Shown here piece by piece: positions 46,171 through 55,383 of a stretch of 64,000 nucleotides of DNA. The DNA comes from an uncultured Bacilli bacterium (GTDB taxonomy: Bacteria > Bacillota_I > Bacilli_A > ML615J-28 > CAG-313). Position 1 is the stretch's first letter. Each line of letters opens with the position of its first letter. The stretch covers positions 10,682 to 74,681 of the forward strand of contig CAKPAZ010000003.1 in NCBI GenBank assembly GCA_934133195.1, read 5' to 3'. The notes beneath the pieces are model-generated. The model was not told where the DNA came from. It was given only the letters and a program-made list of their open reading frames with translations, and made no database searches. Position numbers and translations under genes: made by a program.

Positions 46171-46223
46171 AAAAAAGCCCTTAAGTTAACAAGTTCATGA
46201 CTTGAAAACTTAAGGGTTTTTTT
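46171..46223. terminator. Bidirectional terminator, copy B of the 51-bp direct repeat
   Basis: AAAAAGCCCTTAAGTTAACAAGTTCATGACTTGAAAACTTAAGGGTTTTTTT is identical to copy A at 49 of 51 aligned positions. It serves the giant gene (+) and nrdG (-). Confidence 0.85.
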
Positions 46224-46917
46224 AATAACCTCTTAGATATACATTTGTTATAAATTGTTCTAAGTATTCTTTATATTCGATAGCAGTTTCTTTTTTTACT
46301 TCATGAAAGCCTTTAGAAAGAGAAGAATCTCTTTCAACAAAATGTTGTAGATAGTAAGTTTTGGTTCCGTTAATTAAATCTTTGATTTCTTTAATACTAT
46401 CAAAATCATGAAATTCTTTAACAAGGGTAGTTCTAAATTCATGATGAATATTAGATGTTTCTAAAATGTTAATGGTTTCTTTGATTTTTTCTAGAGGAAC
46501 TTTATTTATTCCTGCTACCATACTATAGTTAGAAGTACCACTCTTGATGTCCATCGCAATGTAATCAACTAAGTGATTGTCGATTAATTCTTTGACCATT
46601 TTAGGATTGGTACCATTGGTATCAAGTTTTATGACAAAACCTAAATCTTTAATTTTCTTTATATAATAAGGAAGTGATGCCATTAGGGTTGGTTCCCCAC
46701 CAGTGATGCAGACGGCTTCAATTATTTTTTTTCTACTAGTAAGGTAATCAATGATTTCGTTAAAATCAAGGGGTTTTTCGACATCATTATTTACAAGAGG
46801 GCCATTGTGACACCATGGACATCTGAAGTTGCAACCACTAGTAAATAGTGTACATGTAACATATCCTTCAAAATCTACAAGCGATATTTTTTCAATTCCA
46901 ACAAATCCATCAATCAT
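46222..46917 (-). CDS. nrdG: Anaerobic ribonucleotide reductase activating protein (radical SAM)
   Basis: GCNFRCPWCHN CxxxCxxC motif and CITGGEPT; 231 aa. ATGA overlap with ispG upstream. Confidence 0.85.
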   Translation of the reverse strand: MIDGFVGIEKISLVDFEGYVTCTLFTSGCNFRCPWCHNGPLVNNDVEKPLDFNEIIDYLTSRKKIIEAVCITGGEPTLMASLPYYIKKIKDLGFVIKLDTNGTNPKMVKELIDNHLVDYIAMDIKSGTSNYSMVAGINKVPLEKIKETINILETSNIHHEFRTTLVKEFHDFDSIKEIKDLINGTKTYYLQHFVERDSSLSKGFHEVKKETAIEYKEYLEQFITNVYLRGY

Positions 46918-47969
46918 TTTGTATTTATCATTTTCAAGATTTCTTCCTTTAAACAGTCGACAATCTTATCTTCAGGAATCTTCTTAATGATTTCTCCTTT
47001 CTTGAATAATACGCCACATCCATTTCCTCCTGCAATTCCAAGATCAGCTTCTCTTGCTTCCCCAGGACCATTGACTACACATCCCATAATGGCGATGGTT
47101 AAGTTTTTGTTAATTGATTCACAAAAACTTTCAATTTCTTTTACGACGGGTTCCATATTATAGTTGGTTCTACCACAAGTAGGACAAACAATCAATCTTG
47201 GTTTTTGGTAAAGATGGCACATGGAAAGAATTTCTTTACATACAGGAATTTCATTTAAAGGTGATCCATGTAAAGATACTCTAATAGTGTTACCAATACC
47301 TTCAAAAAGAAGTGTACCAAGAACATAACTAGAAGCAATGGTTCCACTAAATGTGGTTCCCGATTCGGTAAGTCCAATATGGATAGGATATGGGTAACGG
47401 GCTGCTAAAGCTCTATTTACTTCAATAGTTGATTCAATGTCAGTGGCTTTAATGGATAAAACTAAATCTTTAAAATCAAAACTCTCCATAAGTTTTACTG
47501 CTCGGTCCATACTTTCTAAAAGTGCAAGTGTGGTAACATGATGATATTTTTCAAGTAAATCTTTTTCAAGAGATCCACTATTAATTCCAATACGAATAGG
47601 AACATGATACTCTTTACATTTATCTACTATTTGTTTAACTTTATCATCTGAACCGATGTTTCCAGGATTAATTCTAATTTTATCAGCTCCACTTGTTATA
47701 GCAAGAATTGCGAGTTTATAATCAAAGTGGATGTCCGCAACAATTGGTATTCTAACTTGTTTTTTTATTTCTTTGATCGCAAGCGCATCTTCCTCATCAA
47801 GGACTGCTACTCTAACGATTTCACATCCTAGAAGTGTTAAATCATTAATTTGTTTAACCGTCTTTTCAATGTCTTTAGTTTTGGTGTTAGTCATTGATTG
47901 AATGACAACTTTATTAGATCCTCCAATTATGACATTTCCAACTTTTACTTTTATGGTATCAGATCTCAT
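46914..47969 (-). CDS. ispG: 4-hydroxy-3-methylbut-2-en-1-yl diphosphate synthase (IspG/GcpE)
   Basis: Typical IspG sequence (VIQSMTNT, VRVAV, IPIVADIHFDYKLA, RINPGNIG, C-terminal CPTCGRT...GCVVNGPGE). The TGtTATAAT promoter complement lies at 47994-48002. Confidence 0.9.
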   Translation of the reverse strand: MRSDTIKVKVGNVIIGGSNKVVIQSMTNTKTKDIEKTVKQINDLTLLGCEIVRVAVLDEEDALAIKEIKKQVRIPIVADIHFDYKLAILAITSGADKIRINPGNIGSDDKVKQIVDKCKEYHVPIRIGINSGSLEKDLLEKYHHVTTLALLESMDRAVKLMESFDFKDLVLSIKATDIESTIEVNRALAARYPYPIHIGLTESGTTFSGTIASSYVLGTLLFEGIGNTIRVSLHGSPLNEIPVCKEILSMCHLYQKPRLIVCPTCGRTNYNMEPVVKEIESFCESINKNLTIAIMGCVVNGPGEAREADLGIAGGNGCGVLFKKGEIIKKIPEDKIVDCLKEEILKMINTK

Positions 47970-48009
47970 AATATCACATCCTTAAGTATAGTAATTATAA
48001 CATAAAATA

Positions 48010-48034
48010 AAGAAAAGAGCCCTTTGAAGGCTCT
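48010..48034 (-). terminator. Terminator of the 48033..48593 gene
   Basis: On the minus strand AGAGCC-TTCAAAG-GGCTCT followed by TTTTC; the stop codon lies inside the stem. Confidence 0.65.
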
Positions 48035-48593
48035 ATTTATTACTTGAAGTAGTCTTTTTAGTAGTAGTTTTCTTAGTTGTTTTTTTCTCATCAGGATTTG
48101 GTAAAACTGATGTAGTTGCATTTTCAACTACCACTTTTTTCTTTTTAGTCTTTCTTTGTGGAGAACGAATGTGACCACGTCTTAAAAAGTTATAGATGGT
48201 GCTACGACTTGCTTGTACACCATATTGAGCTTGGACGATACGTGCAAACTCTGAAAAGTTAGTGCCACGATATTCACGGCGATAAAGCTTACAAACAAAT
48301 GTTGAAATTTCAGTATCATATGTATTGTATGGCTTGTAGTTTTTATTTTTATGGATTACTCCATCACGGCCTTCTTCAATTACTTGACGTTTTAAGTTAC
48401 GAACTTGACGAGTAGTGATACCTAGTTTTTTAGCAGCTTGAGTACCATTAATCTCACCTTCGAGTAATTTAGTGATAACTCTTAGTTTTTTACGTTCAGT
48501 TTTAGAAAGCTTTTTCTTAGGTTTTTCTTCGACTAAAGTGACAGTCCCATCAGGGTTTACTACTTCAACCATCTTTGGTTTTACTATTGGCAT
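48033..48593 (-). CDS. HTH protein resembling the N-terminal DNA-binding region of ISNCY-type transposases, with Lys/Thr-rich tail; no DDE domain
   Basis: 186-aa ORF. ITKLLEGEINGTQAAKKLGITTRQVRNLKRQVIEEGRDGVIHKNKNYKPYN...SRSTIYNFLRRGHIRSPQRK matches, from memory, the HTH plus linker pattern of ISNCY/IS1202-group transposase N-termini. It ends in KKTTKKTTTKKTTSSNK. Confidence 0.55.
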   Translation of the reverse strand: MPIVKPKMVEVVNPDGTVTLVEEKPKKKLSKTERKKLRVITKLLEGEINGTQAAKKLGITTRQVRNLKRQVIEEGRDGVIHKNKNYKPYNTYDTEISTFVCKLYRREYRGTNFSEFARIVQAQYGVQASRSTIYNFLRRGHIRSPQRKTKKKKVVVENATTSVLPNPDEKKTTKKTTTKKTTSSNK

Positions 48594-48620
48594 AATATCA
48601 GTCCCTTTCTAACTATAGTT

Positions 48621-48649
48621 ATTATACCAAATTTAGACAATCATTTCAA
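48621..48649 (-). promoter_or_regulatory. Promoter of the 48033..48593 gene
   Basis: On the minus strand TTGAAA, 17-nt spacer, TGgTATAAT (complement of 48644-48649 and 48621-48626). Confidence 0.6.
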
Positions 48650-48750
48650 GTGTTTTGATAGGAAATATTTGTGTGAATACGTTTTTATAATAAAAACAAA
48701 AGATAAAATTTAAACAAAAATATTTATAAAAAAATTAAAAAATATTGTAA

Positions 48751-48778
48751 AAATAAAACCTTTATTTGTTATAAAGGT
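48751..48778 (-). terminator. Orphan terminator-like hairpin (minus-strand polarity)
   Basis: Stem ACCTTTAT (48758-48765) / ATAAAGGT (48771-48778). Only the minus strand has a U-run (TTTATTTT) after it. Confidence 0.45.
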
Positions 48779-49038
48779 GAACAGATAAAAAATAATGGTT
48801 CTAATGTTTTCTATTTAATATTTAATAAATACCAAACTGACTACCTAACTTTTTAGGAAAAACGTAATGTAGTCCTCCTCTATTTCCTTTCGATTAAAAA
48901 TAGAAAATAGCAAAAGTTAAACATTTTTAATCACACGTTTTAATGTTTAATAAAATCCTCTCACTAACCACAAAAAACTCACTTTCTTTTATGAATCATT
49001 AAATTTTATCGTTTATATACATTCACTCACAGTAAAAG

Positions 49039-49066
49039 GCATTATTCTAATTGAATAATGCTTTTT
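49039..49066 (+). terminator. Orphan terminator hairpin (plus-strand polarity) with no upstream CDS
   Basis: Stem GCATTATTC (49039-49047) / GAATAATGC (49053-49061) followed by TTTTTATTTT. Confidence 0.5.
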
Positions 49067-49115
49067 ATTTTATAAATAAACCTTTTAATGATATAATAAG
49101 TAAGTAGTATGGGAG

Positions 49116-49790
49116 GTGTACACATTGACCTACCAAGATTTAGAAGTCGTTTATGAAACTAATCACTTAATTGTAGTTGTAAAACCGGCAGGGATTTTAT
49201 CCCAAAAAGATGTAACTAATGATCTTGATATGATGACTCTTGTTAAAGAATATTTAAAGAATAAATATCATAAACCAGGAGATGTCTTTTTAGGCTTAGT
49301 TCATCGTCTTGACCGTATGACATCAGGATTGATGGTATTTGGTAAAACTTCAAAAGGGGCTAGTCGCCTTAGTGAACAAATCAGAAACCATGAATTCATT
49401 AAAAAGTATTTTACCGTCGTAGAAAATAAAGTAACAAAAGATGGAACGCTAACTAACAAAATGTCATATGATGAAAAAAACAAAAAAGCTTACCTTGATG
49501 AAAATGGTAAACTCGCGGTATTACACTATAAAGTCATAAAAAATGAATTTGGAGCCTTAGGCTTAAAGAACAATACTTTACTTGAAGTATTACTTGAAAC
49601 GGGAAGACATCACCAAATTAGATTACAGATGTCAGCTTTTTCTCACCCACTTTTAGGTGATACCTTATATGGAAGTAAAGTAAAATGTAAAATCTTTTTA
49701 CATGCTTACTACTTAAGCTTTAAAGACCCGGTAACTAAAGAAAAGCTAGAATTTATTAAATACCCTACATGGTATGAAAGGAGAAACTAA
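49116..49790 (+). CDS. RluA-family pseudouridine synthase
   Basis: VVVKPAG and [16 protein letters not shown] catalytic motifs and [10 protein letters not shown]. The start is uncertain (GTG 49116 or TTG 49125 after GGGAGG). TGaTATAAT -10 at 49089-49097. Confidence 0.85.
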   Translation: MYTLTYQDLEVVYETNHLIVVVKPAGILSQKDVTNDLDMMTLVKEYLKNKYHKPGDVFLGLVHRLDRMTSGLMVFGKTSKGASRLSEQIRNHEFIKKYFTVVENKVTKDGTLTNKMSYDEKNKKAYLDENGKLAVLHYKVIKNEFGALGLKNNTLLEVLLETGRHHQIRLQMSAFSHPLLGDTLYGSKVKCKIFLHAYYLSFKDPVTKEKLEFIKYPTWYERRN

Positions 49791-49791
49791 G

Positions 49792-50949
49792 ATGAAAGAA
49801 TTTAAAGAAAGAAGAATATTTACCTCAGAATCGGTAACTGAAGGTCATCCTGATAAAGTATGCGACCAAATCGCTGATGCAATTCTTGATGATTTACTAT
49901 CAAAAGATAAACATGCGAAAGTAGCATGTGAAGTTGTCGCAACCACTGGTTTAGTCCTTGTTATGGGTGAAGTAACAACTAATAGCTATGTTGATGTTCA
50001 AAAAATTGTCCGTGAGACTGTTGATAGAATAGGCTACAACCGTGGTAAGTTTGGCTTTGACGCTGAAAACCTAAGTGTGCTTGTTGCTTTAGATGAACAA
50101 TCACCTGACATTGCGATGGGAGTAAGAGATGGTGAAGGTGCTGGTGACCAAGGTATTATGTTTGGTTATGCTTGTGATGAAACAGAAGAATTAATGCCTC
50201 TTCCTATTATGCTTGCACATAAACTTGCGAAGAGATTAAGTGATGTAAGAAAGACTAACCATCCAAAAGAACTTCGTCCTGATGGTAAAACTCAAGTATC
50301 AGTAGAATATGATGAAGAAGGAAATCCAGCAAGAATTGATGCTATCCTTGTTTCTACCCAACATGATGAAGATGTAACCATCGATTGGTTAAGAAATGTA
50401 ATTACCGAAGAAGTAATCAAACCAGTAGTACCTGCTCACTTAATGGATGAAAATACTAAAATTTATGTTAATCCAACTGGTCGTTTTGTAATTGGTGGAC
50501 CAAAGGGAGATTCTGGTTTAACTGGTCGTAAGATTATTGTTGACACCTATGGAGGTTATGCTCCTCATGGTGGTGGTTCCTTTAGTGGTAAGGACCCAAC
50601 TAAAGTTGACAGAAGTGCAAGTTATGCTTTAAGATGGATTGCTAAAAACATGGTTGCAGCAGGATTTGCTAAAAAAATTCAAATCCAAGTTTCTTATGGA
50701 ATTGGTATGGCTGAACCTATCTCCATCTGTGTTGACACATTTGGAACTAGTGATTACTCTGAACATGAATTAATTAAAATAATTCGTAAACATTTTGATT
50801 TAACCCCAAAAGGTATTATTGAAACTCTTGACCTACGTCGTCCTATCTACGAACAAACAGCCGCATACGGTCATTTTGGACGTAACGACTTAGACTTACC
50901 TTGGGAAAGACTAAATAAAGTAGAAGAATTAAAAAAGGAGATTAAATAA
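49792..50949 (+). CDS. metK: S-adenosylmethionine synthetase
   Basis: [33 protein letters not shown] and [16 protein letters not shown] motifs. RBS AAAGGAGAAACTAAGATG. The track start at 49774 overlaps the upstream gene. Confidence 0.95.
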   Translation: MKEFKERRIFTSESVTEGHPDKVCDQIADAILDDLLSKDKHAKVACEVVATTGLVLVMGEVTTNSYVDVQKIVRETVDRIGYNRGKFGFDAENLSVLVALDEQSPDIAMGVRDGEGAGDQGIMFGYACDETEELMPLPIMLAHKLAKRLSDVRKTNHPKELRPDGKTQVSVEYDEEGNPARIDAILVSTQHDEDVTIDWLRNVITEEVIKPVVPAHLMDENTKIYVNPTGRFVIGGPKGDSGLTGRKIIVDTYGGYAPHGGGSFSGKDPTKVDRSASYALRWIAKNMVAAGFAKKIQIQVSYGIGMAEPISICVDTFGTSDYSEHELIKIIRKHFDLTPKGIIETLDLRRPIYEQTAAYGHFGRNDLDLPWERLNKVEELKKEIK

Positions 50950-52242
50950 ATGAAGATTTGTATTATTGGATCAGGAAGTACTTATACACCTGAGCTTATT
51001 GAAGGTTTAATTAATAAAAGAGATTCCCTACCTGTTACGGAATTATACTTAATGGATATTGATGAAAGAAAGTTAAGAATCGTTGGTGGCTTATGTCAAA
51101 GAATGATTGAAGCCGCAAATCTTCCATGTAAAGTTGTAATGACAATGGATTATGAAGAAGCTTTAATCAATGCAGACTTTGTACTTGCACAAATCCGTGT
51201 TGGTAAACTTCCTGCTCGTGTTAAAGATGAAAAGATTCCGCTTAAGTATAACTTAATTGGCCAAGAAACATGTGGTATTGGTGGTATGTTTAAAGGCTTA
51301 AGAACCATCCCTGCTTTAATTAAGATTGTTCACTTAATGGAAAAATGCTGTCCTGATGCATGGTTAATTAACTTCTCTAACCCATCTGGTATGATTGCTG
51401 AAGCTCTACTTAACTACACTAATGTTAAGATGATGGGATTATGTAACGTTCCAATCAACATGATTGATGGTATTAAACGCCAAATGAACTTACCTAATGC
51501 GGAAGTTGAATATTTTGGTCTTAACCACTTCACTTATGTAACTAAGATTATTGATAATGGTCATGATTACCTAGACGAAGCCATCAAAAAAGGTGTAAAC
51601 TCTGAAACAATGAAAAACATCCCTGCTAGTGGTTTCACTCCTGAAGATATCGCCGCAATCGGTGCTATTCCTTCTTGCTATCTTGAATACTACTACTTCA
51701 AAAATAGTAAACTTGAAAAACTTAAAGCTGCTCCTAAAACAAGAGGCGAAGTTTGTATGGAACTAGAAGAACAACTTCTTGCTTTATATGAAAATAGTGC
51801 ATTACACACTAAACCAGAACAACTATCTAAACGTGGTGGTGCCAGATACTCAGAAGTTGCCATCTCTTTAGTTGACTCAATCTGGAATGATAAAAATGAT
51901 ATTCAAGTAGTTAACATCTTAAATCATGGTGCTCTTGATTTCTTAGCTGATGATGATGCCATTGAAATTAGAGCTTACATTGGTAAGAATGGTGCAACTC
52001 CAATTCCTGCTCATTTTGATAATGATCATATTAAAGAATATATCAAACAAGTAAAAGCTTATGAAAAACATGCGGTTAAAGCTGCTATCTATGGTGACCG
52101 TAATGAAGCATTACGTGCCCTTGTAATGAACCCTCTTGTTGGTGATTTAAAGACTGCCGAAGCATGTTTTGATGAATTACTAGAAGCTCATAAAGAATAT
52201 TTACCACAATTCTTTGGTGAAAAGGTTGAGGTAAATAAGTAA
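50950..52242 (+). CDS. Glycoside hydrolase family 4 6-phospho-beta-glucosidase (CelF/ChbF-like)
   Basis: MKICIIGSGSTYTPELIEGL NAD-binding N-terminus, QIRVGKL, ETCGIGG and NFSNP motifs typical of GH4. TAAATG junction with metK. Confidence 0.85.
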   Translation: MKICIIGSGSTYTPELIEGLINKRDSLPVTELYLMDIDERKLRIVGGLCQRMIEAANLPCKVVMTMDYEEALINADFVLAQIRVGKLPARVKDEKIPLKYNLIGQETCGIGGMFKGLRTIPALIKIVHLMEKCCPDAWLINFSNPSGMIAEALLNYTNVKMMGLCNVPINMIDGIKRQMNLPNAEVEYFGLNHFTYVTKIIDNGHDYLDEAIKKGVNSETMKNIPASGFTPEDIAAIGAIPSCYLEYYYFKNSKLEKLKAAPKTRGEVCMELEEQLLALYENSALHTKPEQLSKRGGARYSEVAISLVDSIWNDKNDIQVVNILNHGALDFLADDDAIEIRAYIGKNGATPIPAHFDNDHIKEYIKQVKAYEKHAVKAAIYGDRNEALRALVMNPLVGDLKTAEACFDELLEAHKEYLPQFFGEKVEVNK

Positions 52243-53235
52243 ATGAAGCTGTATATCTTAGGCGTTGATGGTGGAAACACCAAAACAGATTACCTATTAT
52301 ATGATACTTTAGGAAACTTTATCGATGGAATTAGAAGTGGAACTTGTAGTCATGAGGCTAAAGGCTTAGGCTTTAATGGAGCCTACCTTGTGATGAAAGA
52401 AAATATCGAAAACCTCCTTCAAAGAAATAATGTAAACATCGAAGATGTCAAAGGTGCTTGCTTTGGACTTGCGGGAGTAGATGTTCCTTTTCAAAAGAAA
52501 GCTCTTGAAGAAATCGTTGAAAAAATTGGTTTTAAAAACTACATCGTTGTAAATGATGGCTTCCTAGGAATTAAAGCAGCCTCCCCTAATGGAACTGGTG
52601 TCTGCTCAATCAATGGTACTGGTACGGTTAATGTTGGAATCGACCATCATGGTAATGGTACCCAAGTAGGTGGCATTGGTTATTTATCAGGTGATGAAGC
52701 TGGTGGATCATTCCTTGCGAGAAGAACCATCCAAGCAGCTTTTGACGCAAGCTATCGTTTTGGTGAAGAAACATCACTTGTTGATGATGTCTTCAAAATG
52801 TATGAAATAAACCATAAATCAGAACTTGCTGATGCTTTATTACAAAAACCAATTGATTCCACTTACCTTATTAAATGTCTATGCAATAGAGCCAACGAAG
52901 GTGATAGTGTTGCTATCTCCATCTTAGAAACGGCTGGACATAATATGGCTCGTTCAACTGCTGGGGTTATTACTCATCTTGATTTTGAAGAACCTGTTCA
53001 TGTTATTCAAGCAGGTTCCGTATGGTCAAAAGCTACGGCGAATCATATGAATGATAAATTCAAAGATACCGTGTTAAAGTTATCAAAACGTAATTGTAAC
53101 TTTATCATTCTTAATGAACCTCCAGTTATGGGTGCTATCTTTTGGGCCTATGAACTCGCAAACAACACTCTTCCATCTGAAGAAGTAAAAGAAAATATCT
53201 TAAATAGTATAAAAGAATACCAAAAACAATTTTAA
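52243..53235 (+). CDS. BadF/BadG/BcrA/BcrD-type ATPase (N-acetylglucosamine kinase-like)
   Basis: ILGVDGGNTKTDYLL phosphate-1 motif and GLAGVD; ASKHA-fold pattern. TAAATG junction with the GH4 gene. Confidence 0.75.
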   Translation: MKLYILGVDGGNTKTDYLLYDTLGNFIDGIRSGTCSHEAKGLGFNGAYLVMKENIENLLQRNNVNIEDVKGACFGLAGVDVPFQKKALEEIVEKIGFKNYIVVNDGFLGIKAASPNGTGVCSINGTGTVNVGIDHHGNGTQVGGIGYLSGDEAGGSFLARRTIQAAFDASYRFGEETSLVDDVFKMYEINHKSELADALLQKPIDSTYLIKCLCNRANEGDSVAISILETAGHNMARSTAGVITHLDFEEPVHVIQAGSVWSKATANHMNDKFKDTVLKLSKRNCNFIILNEPPVMGAIFWAYELANNTLPSEEVKENILNSIKEYQKQF

Positions 53236-53240
53236 AACAA

Positions 53241-53264
53241 GCCTATAGAAATATAGGCTTTTTA
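53241..53264 (+). terminator. Rho-independent terminator
   Basis: Stem AGCCTATA, loop GAAA, stem TATAGGCT, followed by TTTT. Confidence 0.85.
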
Positions 53265-53354
53265 AATAAAAACTAAAAAAATTAAAAAATTTTTAAAAAA
53301 TAAAATAAAATTACATTTTTTTGGGTTATGTATAGTGAAGAAAGGTAAATAGCT

Positions 53355-53864
53355 ATGAAAATCACCAAATCTTTAATTGAAAAACTAAAACAAAAAGACG
53401 AAGAAGCATTTGAACTAGTTTATAATGAATATGAAAAACTGATATACTACATTGCTTTTTCAATTACAAGAAACAAAGAAAACGCGGAAGAAGTAGTCCA
53501 AGATACTTTCCTTAGAATGTTTAATTCTATTGATAATTATACAGATAAAGGAAAATTCAAAGAATGGCTTACCGAAATCGCCAGAAACATCAGTAAGAAT
53601 AAAGTCACTAGAGATAAAGAAAAAAACACTATCTATGATGATGAAATCATTGGTAGTGCGAAGTCAGAAAAATCAAATATAGATATTATTCTTACCATCG
53701 AGGGAATCTTAGAACCCCTTGAGGCTGATATTGTAATTCTAAGAATTGTTTATGATTTTTCATTTAAAGAAATTGCCAAGTATGAGAATATGACAATTGG
53801 AAAAATCCAAAGTCTATATTACTCATCAGTAAAAAAATTAAAGAAGGGATTTATGTATGAGTAA
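53355..53864 (+). CDS. Sigma-70 family (ECF-like) RNA polymerase sigma factor
   Basis: 169 aa. Region 2 (EEVVQDTFLRMF, FKEWLTEIARN) and region 4 HTH (FSFKEIAKYENMTIGKIQSLYYSSVKKLK). Confidence 0.8.
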   Translation: MKITKSLIEKLKQKDEEAFELVYNEYEKLIYYIAFSITRNKENAEEVVQDTFLRMFNSIDNYTDKGKFKEWLTEIARNISKNKVTRDKEKNTIYDDEIIGSAKSEKSNIDIILTIEGILEPLEADIVILRIVYDFSFKEIAKYENMTIGKIQSLYYSSVKKLKKGFMYE

Positions 53865-55215
53865 ACTAAAGAAAAGCCTAACTAAATATCTTAATGATAA
53901 ACTTCAACATAATGAGTGTTATAGTGAAGTCGTAGAAAAAGCCAATCTTCAAAAAAAGTATAAGGAGAATGTATTTTATATGAAAAAGTCATTTTTAAAA
54001 ATCGCATTACCATGTATTCTTGGTTTATGCTTAATCGTTGGTGTTGTTTTAGGTGTTACTCTAAGTAAGAAGAATGTAGAAAAGAGTGAACCTACTGCTG
54101 TTGTTCAAATGGATGTTAACCCAAGTGTTTCCTTTGTTGTTGATAACAATGGTAAAGTTGTTTCAATCTATGGGGAAAACGATGAAGGTAAGATGATTCT
54201 TACTGGTGAAACATTTACAGGATTAAAACTAGAAGTTGCAATTGAAAAAATCTTAAATGAAGAAAGCAAGACTGGTTATATTGTTAATATCTCAGGAACT
54301 GACTCTCAAAAGATTTCTTTCAACATTGAATGTGAAACTACCGCTATTTCTGATGAACTAGAAGCAAAAATTAGAGATTCAGTAGAAAAAACTTGTGAAA
54401 AGTTAAACATCAATGAAAAAATCGAAGTTACTAAAACACAAACTAAAGAAGCTTTAGTTAAACGTGCAATGGAACTTGATCCAACTCTAACTGAAGAAGC
54501 CGCAAACGCTAAATCAATTCAAGAACTTGTTTCTTACATCATGGGTTGCCAAATTGAAAAGATCAATATCCCTACAGAAGAACTTGAAAATTTATACAAC
54601 CAAGTAAAGATGGAAAAAATCAATATCGTAGAAAGAGAAGAAACTAAGAAAGTAATCGACACTCTTGATTCAACTTATCAAAAGGTTATCGCTCAATATG
54701 ATGATTTATATACAAAACTTGGTGAAGCAAATAAAACTCTAGATCAACTTTACTATGATTATTTCATTAAAGAAACATCTGATTATCAAGTTGCTTTAAA
54801 ATACTTACAAGAACAAAAGGCTGCTCTATTAAAGTTCAAAAATGAACTTGCAGAAATGGATGACAGTAACTTATTAAAACCTGCTAAACAAGCTCAACTT
54901 ACAATCTATGTTAACGCAGTTGCATACGCAGAAGAAGGCCTTGAAAGTGCTAAAAAAATAGCTCTTTCATTAATCGAAACTGCTAAAAACACTATTAATT
55001 CAATCATGGAAGAAATGGATAAAGTAAAAGCTGAACTTCCAGAAGAAATCAAGACTTCTTTAACTGCTCATTTAACAGATGTTGAAACAAAAGTTAACGA
55101 AGCTAAAGATAATGCTTTCAAATCATTCGAAGAAGAATATAAAGAAGATTTAACAAAAGCTTTAGCTGCAGTAGAAGCTTACAAAGCTCAACTAGTAGAA
55201 AACTTAAAAAAGTAA
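53857..55215 (+). CDS. Single-pass membrane protein, candidate anti-sigma factor (long coiled-coil ectodomain)
   Basis: Overlaps the sigma gene by 8 nt. One TM helix (ALPCILGLCLIVGVVLGV), then VVQMDVNPSVSFVVDNNGKVVSIYGENDEG, a pattern seen after the TM helix of clostridial anti-sigma-like proteins. Confidence 0.5.
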   Translation: MSKLKKSLTKYLNDKLQHNECYSEVVEKANLQKKYKENVFYMKKSFLKIALPCILGLCLIVGVVLGVTLSKKNVEKSEPTAVVQMDVNPSVSFVVDNNGKVVSIYGENDEGKMILTGETFTGLKLEVAIEKILNEESKTGYIVNISGTDSQKISFNIECETTAISDELEAKIRDSVEKTCEKLNINEKIEVTKTQTKEALVKRAMELDPTLTEEAANAKSIQELVSYIMGCQIEKINIPTEELENLYNQVKMEKINIVEREETKKVIDTLDSTYQKVIAQYDDLYTKLGEANKTLDQLYYDYFIKETSDYQVALKYLQEQKAALLKFKNELAEMDDSNLLKPAKQAQLTIYVNAVAYAEEGLESAKKIALSLIETAKNTINSIMEEMDKVKAELPEEIKTSLTAHLTDVETKVNEAKDNAFKSFEEEYKEDLTKALAAVEAYKAQLVENLKK

Positions 55216-55276
55216 AGATATAAAATCTGTTAGGTAAGGGTGTAAACCATAAAGGGAAAACAATAGTTTAATAGAA

Positions 55277-55312
55277 AAACATATTAAGTCGTGATGATTT
55301 GATATGTTTTTT
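55277..55312 (+). terminator. Probable terminator
   Basis: Stem AAACATAT (55277-55284) / ATATGTTT (55302-55309) followed by a T-run. Confidence 0.55.
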
Positions 55313-55383
55313 CTTAAGTAACAAAGCAAATATTTAGAATAAATAATTAAAATATGGTAGCATATTCAAAAAGGAGAATTTGG

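Noticed and set aside
48033-49115. Complete insertion sequence
   Set aside because: Only an HTH-type N-terminal region is present. There is no DDE catalytic domain, and I found no terminal inverted repeats or target duplications. ispG starts immediately downstream.
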